Below are positions 38,110-49,615 of a stretch of 64,000 nt of DNA, one piece after another. The position numbers and the translations under genes are program-made. The stretch comes from Pristiophorus japonicus. Its lineage: Eukaryota. Each line of letters opens with the position of its first letter. Within the stretch, counting starts at the first letter, position 1. The notes below the pieces were generated by a model. The model was given only the letters and a program-made list of their open reading frames with translations, made no database searches and was not told the origin of the DNA. Location: assembly GCF_044704955.1 (NCBI RefSeq), contig NC_091981.1:142662001-142726000 (forward strand), written 5' to 3'.

Positions 38110-41095
38110 ATTCGTGCCTTGAACTGTCTTTGTCTCCGACTTAATCCACGTGGATTCCAAATGAAATTCCACCCTTCATGTTTTGGATCCACCCAGGATT
38201 ACAGCTATCTCCGAGATATTCAATGTTCCTCGAACCACTGCTCTTGCTGCATCCTGGGATCTACACTCAACGCTATGCACCACCACATATATGCTGTCAA
38301 CCTCTCGCTTCAGCAGCACCGACTCACTATCTCTAAGCTGCCCTGCTCCGTAGTTCCATTGCATCCTTCACCTCACCCGGCGCTTTCGCAAAAAACTTTT
38401 TTCTAACCTTTCAGGTGTCATGGATCATAAGCTTCAACAACTCTTTGACACCATGCACCTTCGGAACCATCTTTCCCTTCACTTCCCTCTGTTCCCATTC
38501 CTTCTTCCGATCTCACCCCTTGCCGTGTTTCCACTATCCCCTCTAAACTTCCCCTCTCTGACTCCAAACGATCAGTCCTCAACAAAGGCCTGAGCTTCAT
38601 TCCCTTACACCCCCACCTCAATGAATTTCGAGCTCAGCATGATGCTGAGCTCTTTTTCTGCCACCTTTGTCTTCGTGCGCACTTCTTCGGCCAGGAGTCT
38701 TGCCCCCGCACAGCTGACCCTTTCTCCCATTTTCAGAATTCTCTCTCTAATTGGATCCCTTCCTCTGGCCTCTTGCCCTCTCTAGATCTCTTCATTAAGA
38801 ACTGCCGACGAGACATCGGCTGTCTCAATTTCTCTGCTTCCCACACGCACTCCAACCTACCTCCCTCTGAACTTGCAGCACTCCACTATCTAAGATTCAA
38901 CCCCAACTTTGTCATTAAACCTGCTGACAAGGGCGGCCTGTTGTTGTTTAGCAAACCGACCTCTACCTTGCAGAGGCTGATCACCCACTCTCTGATACCT
39001 CCTCCTCTCTCCTCCTGGACCATGACCCCACTACCGAACATTAAGCCCTCATTTTCTAGACCGTCATTGATCTCATTTCCTCTGGAGATCTTCCCTCCAC
39101 AGCCACTAAATTCATAGTTACCCAACCCCATACAGCCCACTTCTACCTCCTTCCCAAGATCCATAAACAGGACTGCCCTGGTAGACCCATCATTTCAGCC
39201 TGTTCTTGCCCCACAGAACTTATTTCTTCCTATCCCAACTCTTTTTTCTCCCCTTGTCCAGTCTCTTTCCACCTACATCTGCGACTCCTCCGATGCCCTC
39301 CGCCGCTTTAACAGTTTCCAGTTTCCTGGCCCCAACCATCTCCTTTTCACAATGGACATCCAATCCCTCTACACTGCCATCCCCCACCAGGATGGCCCGA
39401 GGGTGCTTCACTTCTTCCTCGAGCAGAACTCAACCAGTCCCCATGCACCCTTCTCCTCCTGGCTGAACTTGTTCTCATTGAACAATTCTCCTTTGACTCC
39501 ACTCGCTTCCTCCAAGTTAAAGGTGTTGCTATGGGGACCCTGCCTTTTTGTGGGACATGTGGAATATTCTTTGTTCCAGTCCTACTTGGGTCCCCTCCCT
39601 CATCTCTTTTTCTGAACATTGATGGCTATAAGTGACGTTTCCTGCTCACCCTGAAATTGAAAATTTCATTCACTTTGCATCCAATTTCCAACCTTCCCTC
39701 ACCTTCACGTGGTTCATCTCTGATTCTTCCCTTCCCTTCCTCGAATTCTCTATCTCCATTTCTGGGGATAGACTATTGACAAACATTCACTATAAGCCCG
39801 CTGACTCCCACAGCTACCTGGGTTACACTTTCTCCCACCCCGCATCCTGTAAGGACTCCATTCTATTCTCGCAGTTTCTCCATCACCATCGCATCTGTTC
39901 TGACGATGCCATCTTCCACATTATTGCCTCTGATATGTCTTCCTTTTTCCTCAACCGAGGATTTCCCTCCACGGTGGTTGACATGGCCCTCAATCGTGTC
40001 CATTCTATTTCCCGCACTTCTGCTCTCACTCCTTCCCTTCCCTCTCAGAACCACAAGGTTCCCCTTGTCCTCACCTTTCACTCCGCCAGCCTCCACATTC
40101 AACGGATCATTCGCCGCCATTTCCGTCACCTCCAGCGTGATCCCACCACCAATCATATCTTCCCCTCCCCTCAGCATTCCGAAAGGACCTCTCACTTCAC
40201 AATATCCTGGTCCATTCCGCAGTCACCCCCAGCACCCACTCCCCTTCCCACAGCACCTTCCCATGCAAGCACAGGAGATGCAACACCTGCCTTATTATCT
40301 CCTCCCTTCCCACAGTCCAGGGCCCCAAATACTCCTTCCAGGTGAAACAGCAATTTACTTGTACTTCTTTCAGTTTAGTATACGGTATACGCTGCTCACG
40401 ATGTGGTCTACTCTACATTGGGGAGACCAAACACAGATTGGGTGACCGGTTTGCAGAACACCTCTGATCAGTCCGTAAGCATGACGCCGAGCTTCCGGTC
40501 GCCTGTTACTTTAATTCGCCACGCCACTCCCACACTGACCTCTACATCCTTGGCCTCCTACATTGTTCCAATGAATCTCAATGCAAGCTCGAGGAACAAC
40601 GCCTCATCTTTTGTTTAGGCACTTCTGGACTCAACATCGAATTGAACAATTTCAGACCATAATCTCTGCCCATATTTTGTTCTCTTTCCTCCCTTTTTGT
40701 TTACAAACCCCCGCCCCTCCCTCCCCCCCACCCCATCCCCGAGCCTGTTTCTTTTTTTCCCCCTTGTCTCTAATGACAGTTGGGCATTTTTCCACCATTC
40801 GCACCCTATCTTGACTAATGTTTTCTAACTCCTGACATTACCATTTTAATTCATCCCATTATCCCTTTTGTCTCTCTAATTTCTCCTGCCTTCCACCCTA
40901 TCACAGACCTTCCCTTTTGTTCTTTCCTCCCCTCCCCCTTTCAGTGCTCCCTAAGAATTTGTTCTTTTGAACATTCGCCAGTTCTGACGAAAGGTCATCG
41001 ACTTGAAACATTAACTCTGTTTCTCTCCACAGATGCTGCCTGAACCGTTGAGACTTCCAGCATTTTCTCTTTTTATTTCCGATGCCAGCATCCAC
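38110..41095 (+). mobile_element. Penelope-like element (RT + GIY-YIG endonuclease), frameshifted
   Basis: [57 protein letters not shown] and C-terminal YGIRCSRCGLLYIGETK.RLGDRFAEH, followed by the terminal repeat. Confidence 0.9.
40979..41016 (+). ncRNA. Minimal type-I hammerhead ribozyme motif in the PLE terminal repeat
   Basis: AGTT-CTGACGA-(aaggtc/gactt stem II)-GAAAC-ATT-AACT. Confidence 0.6.
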
Positions 41096-41107
41096 ATTAT
41101 TTTTCTT

Positions 41108-41845
41108 TAGGAAACTGCAATTTACTTTTACTTCTATCAATTTAATATACTGTATTCGCTGCTCACAATGTGGTCTCCTCTACATTGGGGAGACCAAATA
41201 CAGGTTGGGTGACCACTTTGCAGAACACCTCCGTTCAGCCCATAAGTGTGACCCTGAGCTTCCGATCGCCTGTCACTTTAATTGTCCAACCCACTCCCAC
41301 TCTGATCTGTCCATCCTCAACCTCTTACTCTGTTCCAATTTAGCTCAACGCAAGCTCAAGGAATTTCACCTCATCTTTCGCTTAGGCATTTTACAGTTTT
41401 CTGGACACAACATCACATTCAATAATTTCAAACCTTAAGCTCTTCCCCTATTTTTTTTATTTGTTTGTTTTTTTCTCTTCCCATGGCAGCTGTTGATAAT
41501 TCTGCCATTTAAACCCTATCTAGGCTCATCTTTTGTTTCTTAACTTGCCCCATTTTACCATCTCCTTTTGCTTTGCACCATCATTCCTTTCGGCTCTTAC
41601 TCTCTTCTGCCTTCCACCCTGTCATCGACCTTTTCTTTTGTTCTTTCCTCCGCTCCCCCCTTTCCCTGCCCCTACACCTGCTTAAAAACCTGTTACATCT
41701 CTAACTTTTTCCAGTTCTGATGAAGGGTCATCGACTTGAAACATTAACTCTGTTTCTCTCCACAGATACTGCCTGACCCGCTGAGATTTCCAGCATTTTC
41801 TGTTCTTATTTCAGATTCCAGCATCTGCAGTATTTTACTTTTGCC
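41108..41845 (+). mobile_element. Tandem partial Penelope copy (GIY-YIG + terminal repeat)
   Basis: ORF 41082-41438 IYCIRCSQCGLLYIGETKYRLGDHFAEHL and a second terminal repeat. Confidence 0.88.
41713..41749 (+). ncRNA. Minimal hammerhead ribozyme motif, second copy
   Basis: AGTT-CTGATGA-(agggtc atc gactt)-GAAAC-ATT-AACT. Confidence 0.6.
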
Positions 41846-42300
41846 TTGATTTATTATCTTATTATCTGTCAGCTGTGTTAACTTGATAGTTAGAAAATGT
41901 AGACATTCTTCTTACTGACCTACGCAAGGCACAGGTAGAAAGAATGGGCAGATAGACAGATAGACACAGAAATATGTGGTTTGAATTTTTACCTTTGAGT
42001 CGGGTCAGGTGTGTGGGTGTCACATAATGGGTCGCTATCACGAACTTTCCATCAGCGTGCTCTACAGTGTGTGTTTATACATCAATTGACGTAGTCATGC
42101 GGGTTTCCCAGCCAATTAACTGGAGTGGCTCTAATCACGTCACAGATGACTCGCCTTCAGCTCACCAATTTAAAGGAGCCTTGCACACATCAGAGTTGAA
42201 GATAGTTGGAGATGGTTCTGAGATTGTTGTGAAAGGTTGCTGTTGCTGTTACACTGTTCCAATAGTTTGACTTTGAAGGTTCAAGCATTTATAACCAAGG

Positions 42301-42882
42301 ATGCAGGCTCAGCATCCGATGGCTGTGCCCAGGTTTTCTGATTCCTCCCTGGAAAACCTGCTCCAGGGAGTGAGAGCACAGAAGGAGGTTCACTTCCCTG
42401 GTGATGGGAGGAAGAGGCCATTAGCTGAAACAAAGAGGGAATGGCTGGGGATCGCCCAGAAAGTGAGCAGCAGAAGTGTTTTTGGCCGCTTCTAGATCTA
42501 GTCTGTTGTCAGCCACTGGGAAAGTCATCGCTAGAATCCTCTTCAACTGTCTTCTCCCTGTGGCTGAGGAGCTCCTCCCGGAGTCACAGTGTGGATTCCG
42601 TCCACTACGGGGTACAGTGGACATGATCTCGAGTTTCGTCACCAAGAGCTTGTAGAAAACAAGCGCAAGCAGCAGAAAGAGCATGCGGCAAATCAGACTC
42701 CTGACCCATCCTTTCCTTCAACGACTGTGTGTCCCACCTGCGACAGAGACTGGAATTCCCATATTGGACTGTTCAGTCACCTGAGAACTCACTTTTAGAG
42801 TGGAAGCAAGTCTTCCTCGATTTCGAGGGACTGCCTATGATGAGATCTAGTGCAGGAAGCGATTTAATTAAGTCAGGAAAGG
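42301..42882 (+). pseudogene. Harbinger Myb/SANT-like exon 1, interrupted by an RTE fragment
   Basis: PRFSDSSLENLLQGV...FPGDGRKRP...EWLGIAQKVSSRSV, then after the insert CRKRFN..KSGK|GTAAGT. Confidence 0.72.
42481..42842 (+). mobile_element. Internally deleted RTE LINE fragment
   Basis: The early RT segment (GKVIARIL...ELLPESQCGFRP.RGTVDMI) is joined directly to the C-terminal zinc-finger region and the gactgcctatgatga tail. Confidence 0.8.
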
Positions 42883-43286
42883 TAAGTACAATGCCACATT
42901 TAACTACATACCAACCCCATCACTCTGCCTTCCCAAACCTACTCCTGTACATCTCTCCTCACACCAACCTATCTTGCAGGTGCACCCATCGCTCACTGTC
43001 TATGCACCTACTCACATTCCCATCTGATTATCTGTGATATATTCTTTGCGATGTCACGAAGCACATTACACACAAGATGGCTCTGCAGGAACTTGTCATT
43101 TGACCTTGTCACATGATCCTGTTATTATATACATCATTAGTTGCATTACCACAGTAGTCCACTCAGTGGAGCAGTAGTCACCTAGGGGAAGCTCTATATT
43201 ACACTTCTCCCTCCTTAATGAAGAAGTAATCATAACAAAATAGTCATCATACATAACTTGCATAGTTATACACAACAAAAGATACA

Positions 43287-43893
43287 GGGCTCGAAATTCG
43301 GTTTTCAGTGAAAATGGTATTTTTTCACCAAATTTACAGTTTTTGCTTCACTTCTGCTAATAAGCCAGATATTCAACCTTTAATTTGCACAGCGGTAAAA
43401 ATCGGCATTGCACGAGGAATCGCAGCGTAAGTCATGAATTTCGGCAACTTTAGTCTGAGGCTGATACTGCTGCGAGAGAGGCATTGGGAGGGCGGAAAAA
43501 CATCAAAAAATAAATTGGAAAAAAAAATTCACGAAACATTCACACAACTATTAGCTACTAAATCGTTAAAAAATAATTTAAAAATAAAAACTTTAACTTA
43601 CCTTTTTGCAGATCTTCATACTTACCGCTGCTGGCAAGGTTGCACCGACAGGTTTGACCCTGTCGGTATTCTGGGTGCAGAATACGGATGCAGAAAGAGC
43701 CAAATTTTTGGCGAAAACATTACTTCGGGTCTTGCACGGGGCCGCTCCTCTCCTCCTCACCCCGGCGGTATGTGGAAAGCGCCACCACAAAAAGGTTCCT
43801 GAAGTTCCTGCCGGGTCTTTCCACCTGGTTTTTCGCCGAACAAGGTAAAATATCGCCAAAAACCCGGGCGCAAAGTCAGTGAATTTTTAGCCC
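43287..43893. mobile_element. Harbinger-like MITE (607 bp) inside the Gypsy 3' region
   Basis: TIRs GGGCTCGAAATTC / GAATTTTTAGCCC; TSD not clear. Confidence 0.72.
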
Positions 43894-44943
43894 ATGGACT
43901 TATTGAGCCATATTTATAAATCAAACTTAACCAATGGTTTTCTGTCTTGAAGAGGATACCTTTACATAAGAACAAAAGAAATAGGAGCAGGAGTAGGCCA
44001 TACGGCCCCTCAAGCCTGCTCCGCCATTCAATACGATCATGGCTGATCCAATCATGCTCTCAAACAGAAATTTTCAAACTTGGTGTCGAACTTAGACTCA
44101 TTCCAGGCTAAGTCTGAGGAGAATTTTTCTCTAAGGGCAACCCTTGATCTACATTTTGACTCCCTACAACTTCACACTGTTTGTCTGCCTGACTTGGACT
44201 CAGACTTAAATTCTGACTTTCTCTTGGATTTGTTTCTAGTACATCTGATGTAGGATTTGCTATTGGTACTCTCTTGTAACAAGACTATCTGACTCATCGG
44301 AAATAATCGAATCATTCCAACTTTCAACTCCTACATCTGTAGGTAAAATATGATCAATGTGAACAAGCTTAACCTTTCCAGGATCAAACATCTTGACCAG
44401 CTGTGTGCAAGGGCCACATATCTTCACTACTCTTCCTGATAATCACTTTAACCATTTATGGTGATGGTGCTTCACTCTAACCGTCTGATTCAATTTCACA
44501 TTTCTCTCTCTTACTTTATCTCTATCATGATTCTCTTTCTGTCTTAATTGTTTCTCTTCTACTGACTGAGCCAGTTTGGCTTTAACAACGAGAATCTGGT
44601 TCGTGGCTGTTGTTTGAGAAACAACTCTGCTGGTGTTCTACCAGTAGTTGTATGAGGAGTATTACGATAAGTAATTTAAAAAATTGGCAATATATGGTCC
44701 AATGATAATTGCCATTTCTTTGGATTTGAATCCAACATTTGCTTGATGAAGGCACATTTTACAATTTGTACGGTGTGCTCTGCTGCACCATTTGAAGCAG
44801 GATGGTACATGGAACCTTGGTATGTTTCACATCATTTCTGTTCATGAACTGTGCAAATTTTTCTGAACAAAATTGCGGCCCATTATCAGACACAATTTCT
44901 TCTGGAAGGCCATATGAAAAAAACAATCTTCATAAATTATCTA

Positions 44944-47848
44944 GGGACCAAATTTGGCCGCTGCCCATTTCTCGGCGGCCCCCGGGTAGCACCTACATTT
45001 TTGCCGCCCGCTGCCGCCGGGTCCCATCGGGAGCCACTTTCGGCTCCATTGTGTGGGTGGCAGGCAGCGGCAGTCGCAGGAGTGAGCGGCCGGCGTCATC
45101 AGTGTGCGGTAGTTGGAGGCCTCTCCTCTCAGGGATCTTTGGAGGGCCTCCAATGCGCATGTGCGAGACTTCGCAATATTTTTTTGTAGTTTTTGTCTTC
45201 CGACATATCGTCATTTGGGGGCTGTTTGACGCTGATTGCTGTACTGTGCATACGCATAAAGACACACCACTTTATTCCACCTGTGAGTGTGAGAGGGGAG
45301 AGGAGAGAGTTGACATTTGAGAGGAGAGAGTTGGAGGTCTGAGAGGAAAGAATTGGAGGTTGGAGAGGACAGAGTTGGAGGTTGGAGAAGACAGAGTTGG
45401 AAGTTGCAGATGGGGCAGTCAGAGAAATTGAGACACACAAACTGTTGAGCAGCCATTCGTTTCATCATTGATGATGAGTGGCCAGAAATCAGCAATGAAT
45501 ACTGGCAAAACCAGGCCCAGACCCAGAGGTTTAATGAGCAGGAATTGGAGGAGCTCATGATGGAGGTGGAGCGCAGGTACAAAGACCTCACCCGGGATGG
45601 TCATGGCAAGCCTCCACCACCCTGAGTCATGAAGAAGAGGAGAGAGAGGAGGAAGTAGGACCTGTCTTTGAGCCCCTTGAGCTCCAGGAGCAGGAACAGA
45701 ATGACAGCCTCCTGCCATGTGAGCTAGGTGTCAGCAGAACCTCGGCTTCAGCCTCCGAGTTCCTGAGGTTTGGAATGGACTCCACACTGGCAAGCTCAAC
45801 CAAGCGCAGAGGCTGTGGCGCAAATGCAAGCAAGGCGCCAGAGCCCACCAGGAGCGAGCATCCATCTGAGGATTCAACACGGCTCTCTGTAATTCTGGAG
45901 ATGGTCCAGCTATCATGGACAATCATGCAGATAGATCACAATATGCTCCAGACCATGACTGGGATAGCTGCCAGTAGCATGATGACAAGATGGACCGGCT
46001 CATCACTGTGTTGGAGTACACAATCGAGACCATTGAGGCGATGAGGCAAGAGATGGCTTCTGGATGCGCAGTTCAAGCCCCTGACCCCACACCCTTAAGG
46101 CAGACAGGTCCTGAGGAGCAGGAGATCTCGACGCCTTCGGCCACGCCCCCTGCCTTCTCACCAAGACGCACACGTTTTCAGACATCCCGCTACCCTCTTG
46201 CATAACCTCATCAACCAGAGGCAGAGAGGGGCAAGGGAGCAGGATGCCATGGTGTAGGCGGGGTGAGGAAGAGGAGCTTGGGCATCGTTTCTGTGGTGTC
46301 ACTGCACCTTACTACAAACTCACACGAGGCATGTACTGCAGACACAGTCGCTACGTGACCTTAACCTTTATTCCCAGGACCAAGGAGTGCTGACCCTGGG
46401 TGGGACCTCCCCTTTTATACCTGGAGACCCAGGTGAGGAGTATCTCCCACAAGTTCACCCCCTGTGGTCAGGGTGTGCATTTCTAGGGTATGAGTACAGT
46501 GTACAGGAGTAGCATGAAGGTTACAGTTACATGAAGGTTACCGTTGCATGATGGTCACATACATGACAGTTTCAAGGGGGTGTAGAGAGGTGGTGGTGTG
46601 GGTAGAGGGGTGGGTGTTGGTGGTGTAACTGTTTGTAAATGTAATAACCTTTGTTATTGTGCACTTGGAAATACACACACATTATTGACCCTCTCTTGGT
46701 GAGTGTCTGATTTTAACATCATGTGTGGTGCCTTGTGAGAAATACACATCTGTCCTGCAGGTCATCTGCTTTATCAGGAATATCTTACCATTCACATATG
46801 ACTACACTGTATAATGGGGAGGGTCATCCGGCCATCGCAACACGCTTTATGTACTGTGAAGGTTATTCGATGTGTCAGATTAATTACATCTCTCAGAATA
46901 AACTTATGTCCATCACTACAACAAGGCATGCTGGGTACAGGTCTTTTGTGATGAATCAGAACAGATTTTATGAAGTAGTTTCCTTGCAGTACAAAGAAAG
47001 ACACATTAACAAGGCGATAGTGACAGTCTAATCATTGAAACCTCAACAATAGACCACTGAGTCACCACGGCGCTTGTCTCTTGCTGTGTTCTATTGACCG
47101 TAGTCCTTCCTCAGTTTGCTCTGTAATCGCTGCTCTAAAAGTCGAAAAGCTGTAATTTTATACCCTTTTCCTCCCATACAAATGTTGTCAGAGTCTGCAT
47201 TCTATCCCTAACCCTTTCACCCTCTATTTGATATGTAGTGCTTCCTTGAGAACTTCTTGAAGGACAGTGTCACGGTATTAATTAATCAGCTTGGATGGAC
47301 AAAATGTGACTTTTCACTTATTGATAATTATTTTGCCTTTGCCATTGGGCTTCTCAATGAAGGTCTTTCAGCAAGGTCAAAGAAAAAAGTTTCCATCAGC
47401 CCAGACACATTTCAGTCGCTTTTATCACATCCAAATTAAACAGACCATCAGCAATAAAGTAAAGCAACATCCACCTAACTTTTTTCCAGCTGTCCCACTC
47501 ATAATGGTCCACATCTGCACCATAGTCGCGATGTGCAGCGCTGCAGCACTCGGAGCCCTTCTCCCTGCCGCCCGACTCACGGCCAGGTCAGACCTGCTTT
47601 TTGGGAGTGGTCCTTCTGGCGAGCGGCAGGTCGATCTGGGGCCAGCATCCCTCACCAAAATGGCCAATTTTCAGCATCCGGCATGGGCGGGCGGCATGAC
47701 ATCACACCAGCGGATCCCTCCGCAACTAATCTCGCATTGGGCGGAACCTGGACAGCAGATGGGCGGTTCCGGAGGAATCGCCCAGAGAACATACATTTCC
47801 AGTGGATCCTCGGCGGCTGCGGGTGCAACCTGCATCAAATTTGGCCCC
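44944..47848. mobile_element. Non-autonomous Harbinger (2.9 kb) inserted in the Gypsy integrase
   Basis: TIRs GGGACCAAATTTG / CAAATTTGGCCCC with TSD CTA. Excision restores integrase TSKTLDNL. A Myb-like remnant (RFNEQELEELMMEVERRY) lies near 45.5 kb. Confidence 0.85.
46292..46568 (-). mobile_element. Solo LTR (277 bp)
   Basis: TG...CA termini, perfect 5-bp TSD GTTTC, and minus-strand TATA/AATAAA motifs. Confidence 0.85.
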
Positions 47849-48426
47849 CTAGTGTTTTACTTGTTGTTATTTTCACAATGAAAATCACAATGAACGATTG
47901 CTGTCTTTCTAGCTCAGCAAAATTGGCATGTAACCTTTGCCATACCCTGGGGGACCATTTTCATGACTGTAATGGTACTGGTGGTGGTTTCTTGCTTACC
48001 GATTTGACATGTCGTACACTGACTAACGATGTATTCTGTAGCTTTATCTAGACCTGGCCAACATAAGTAACTGTGTGCAAAACTCTTGGTCAAGCACATT
48101 CCCAGGTGCTGGTCATGAAGATCTCCCAACCATTTGTACCTGAACTTATTCGGGATAACTACACTTACACCCCACATGATACAATCTTTAGCCACTGATA
48201 ATTCATTCCTACGAAAAATAAATGAATCTCTTCCTCTGATACCTGGTTTGGCCAGTCATTTGTTATGTAGTCATACACCTTTGACATAACTGGATCATGT
48301 TTGCTTGCTCTACCAATCTCTTCAGCAATGACTGGCAGTTCATCAATGTATGAAAAATAAAACACTACTTCCCGATTGGGTGTGACTTGTGATGGGAATG
48401 ACAACCTGGACATAGCATCAGCATTA

Positions 48427-49615
48427 ATAATAAAAACAGAAAATGCTGGAAATCTCAGCGGGTCAGGCAGCATCTGTGGAGAGAAATAGAGGTAACGTTT
48501 CAGGTTGATGGCCCTTCATCAGTACTGGCGAATGTTCGAAAGAACAGATTCTTAAGGAGCACTGAAAGGGAGGATAGAACAAAAGGGAAGGTCTGTGATA
48601 GGGTGGAAGACAGGAGAGATTCGAGAGATAAAGGGGATGATAGGCCGTCTCAAGATGGTACTGGCAAAAGTTAGAAAACGATTAGTTTAAATAGGGTGTG
48701 AATGGCAGGATAATTACCAACTGCCATGGGAAACACAGAGAAAAAATACTTAAGAGCAAAATATGGGCAGAGGTTAAGGTCTGAAATTGTTGAACTCTAT
48801 GTTGAGTCCAGAAGGCTGTAAAGTGCCGAAACGAAAGATGAGGTGCTGTTCCTCAAGCTTGCATGAGTTTCATTGGAACAGCACAGGAGTCCGAGGATGG
48901 AGAGGTCAAAATGGGAGTGGAGTGGAGTGGAGAATTAAAGTGACAGGCTTAAAGCTCGGGGTCACACTGGACTGAATGGAGGTTTTCCACAACGCAGTCA
49001 CCCAATCTGCGCTTGGTCTCCCCAATGTAGAGGAGAGCACATTGTGAGCAGTGAATACAGTATACCTAATTGAAAGAAGTACAAGTAAATTGCTGTTTCA
49101 ACTGGAAGGACAGTGGGAAGGGAGGAAGTAAAAGGGCAGGTGTTGCATCTCCTGAGCTTGCATGGTAAGGTGCCTTGAAAAGCGGAGGGGGTGCTGAGGA
49201 TGACTGTAGAATGGACCAGTGTGTCACAGAGGAAGTGGTCCCCTCAGAATGCTGAGTGGTGGGCGTGGACGGGAAGATGTGATTGGTGGTGGGTTCACAC
49301 TGGAGGTGGTGGAAATGGCGGAGGATGATCTGTTGAACGTGGAGGTTGGTGGGGTGGAAGGTGAGGACAAGGAGAACCTTGCCGTGGTTCTGAGAGGGAG
49401 GGGAAGGGGTGAGAGCAGAGGTGCAGGAAATAGAATGGACACGGTGGACGGCCATGTTAACCGCAGCGGAGGGGAATCCTCGGTTGAGAAAAAAACGTTA
49501 CTCGACCCGAAACGTTAACTCTGTTTCTCTCCACAGATGCTGCCTCACCCGCTGAGATTTCCAACATTTTCTGTTTTTCTTTCAGATTCCAGCATCGCAG
49601 TATTTTACTTTTGTA
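48427..49615 (-). mobile_element. 5'-truncated Penelope-like insertion with an inverted terminal repeat
   Basis: Minus-strand GIY-YIG region plus terminus, an inverted terminus at about 49495-49612, and a 15-bp TSD ATAGCATCAGCATTA (48412-48426 / 49616-49630). Confidence 0.88.
48490..48526 (-). ncRNA. Minimal hammerhead ribozyme motif, third copy
   Basis: Minus strand reads AGTA-CTGATGA-(agggccatcaacct)-GAAAC-GTT-ACCT. Confidence 0.55.

Noticed and set aside
46720-47480. Possible captured host sequence within the 2.9-kb Harbinger
   Set aside because: No recognisable coding motif or splice structure; cannot be supported without a search.
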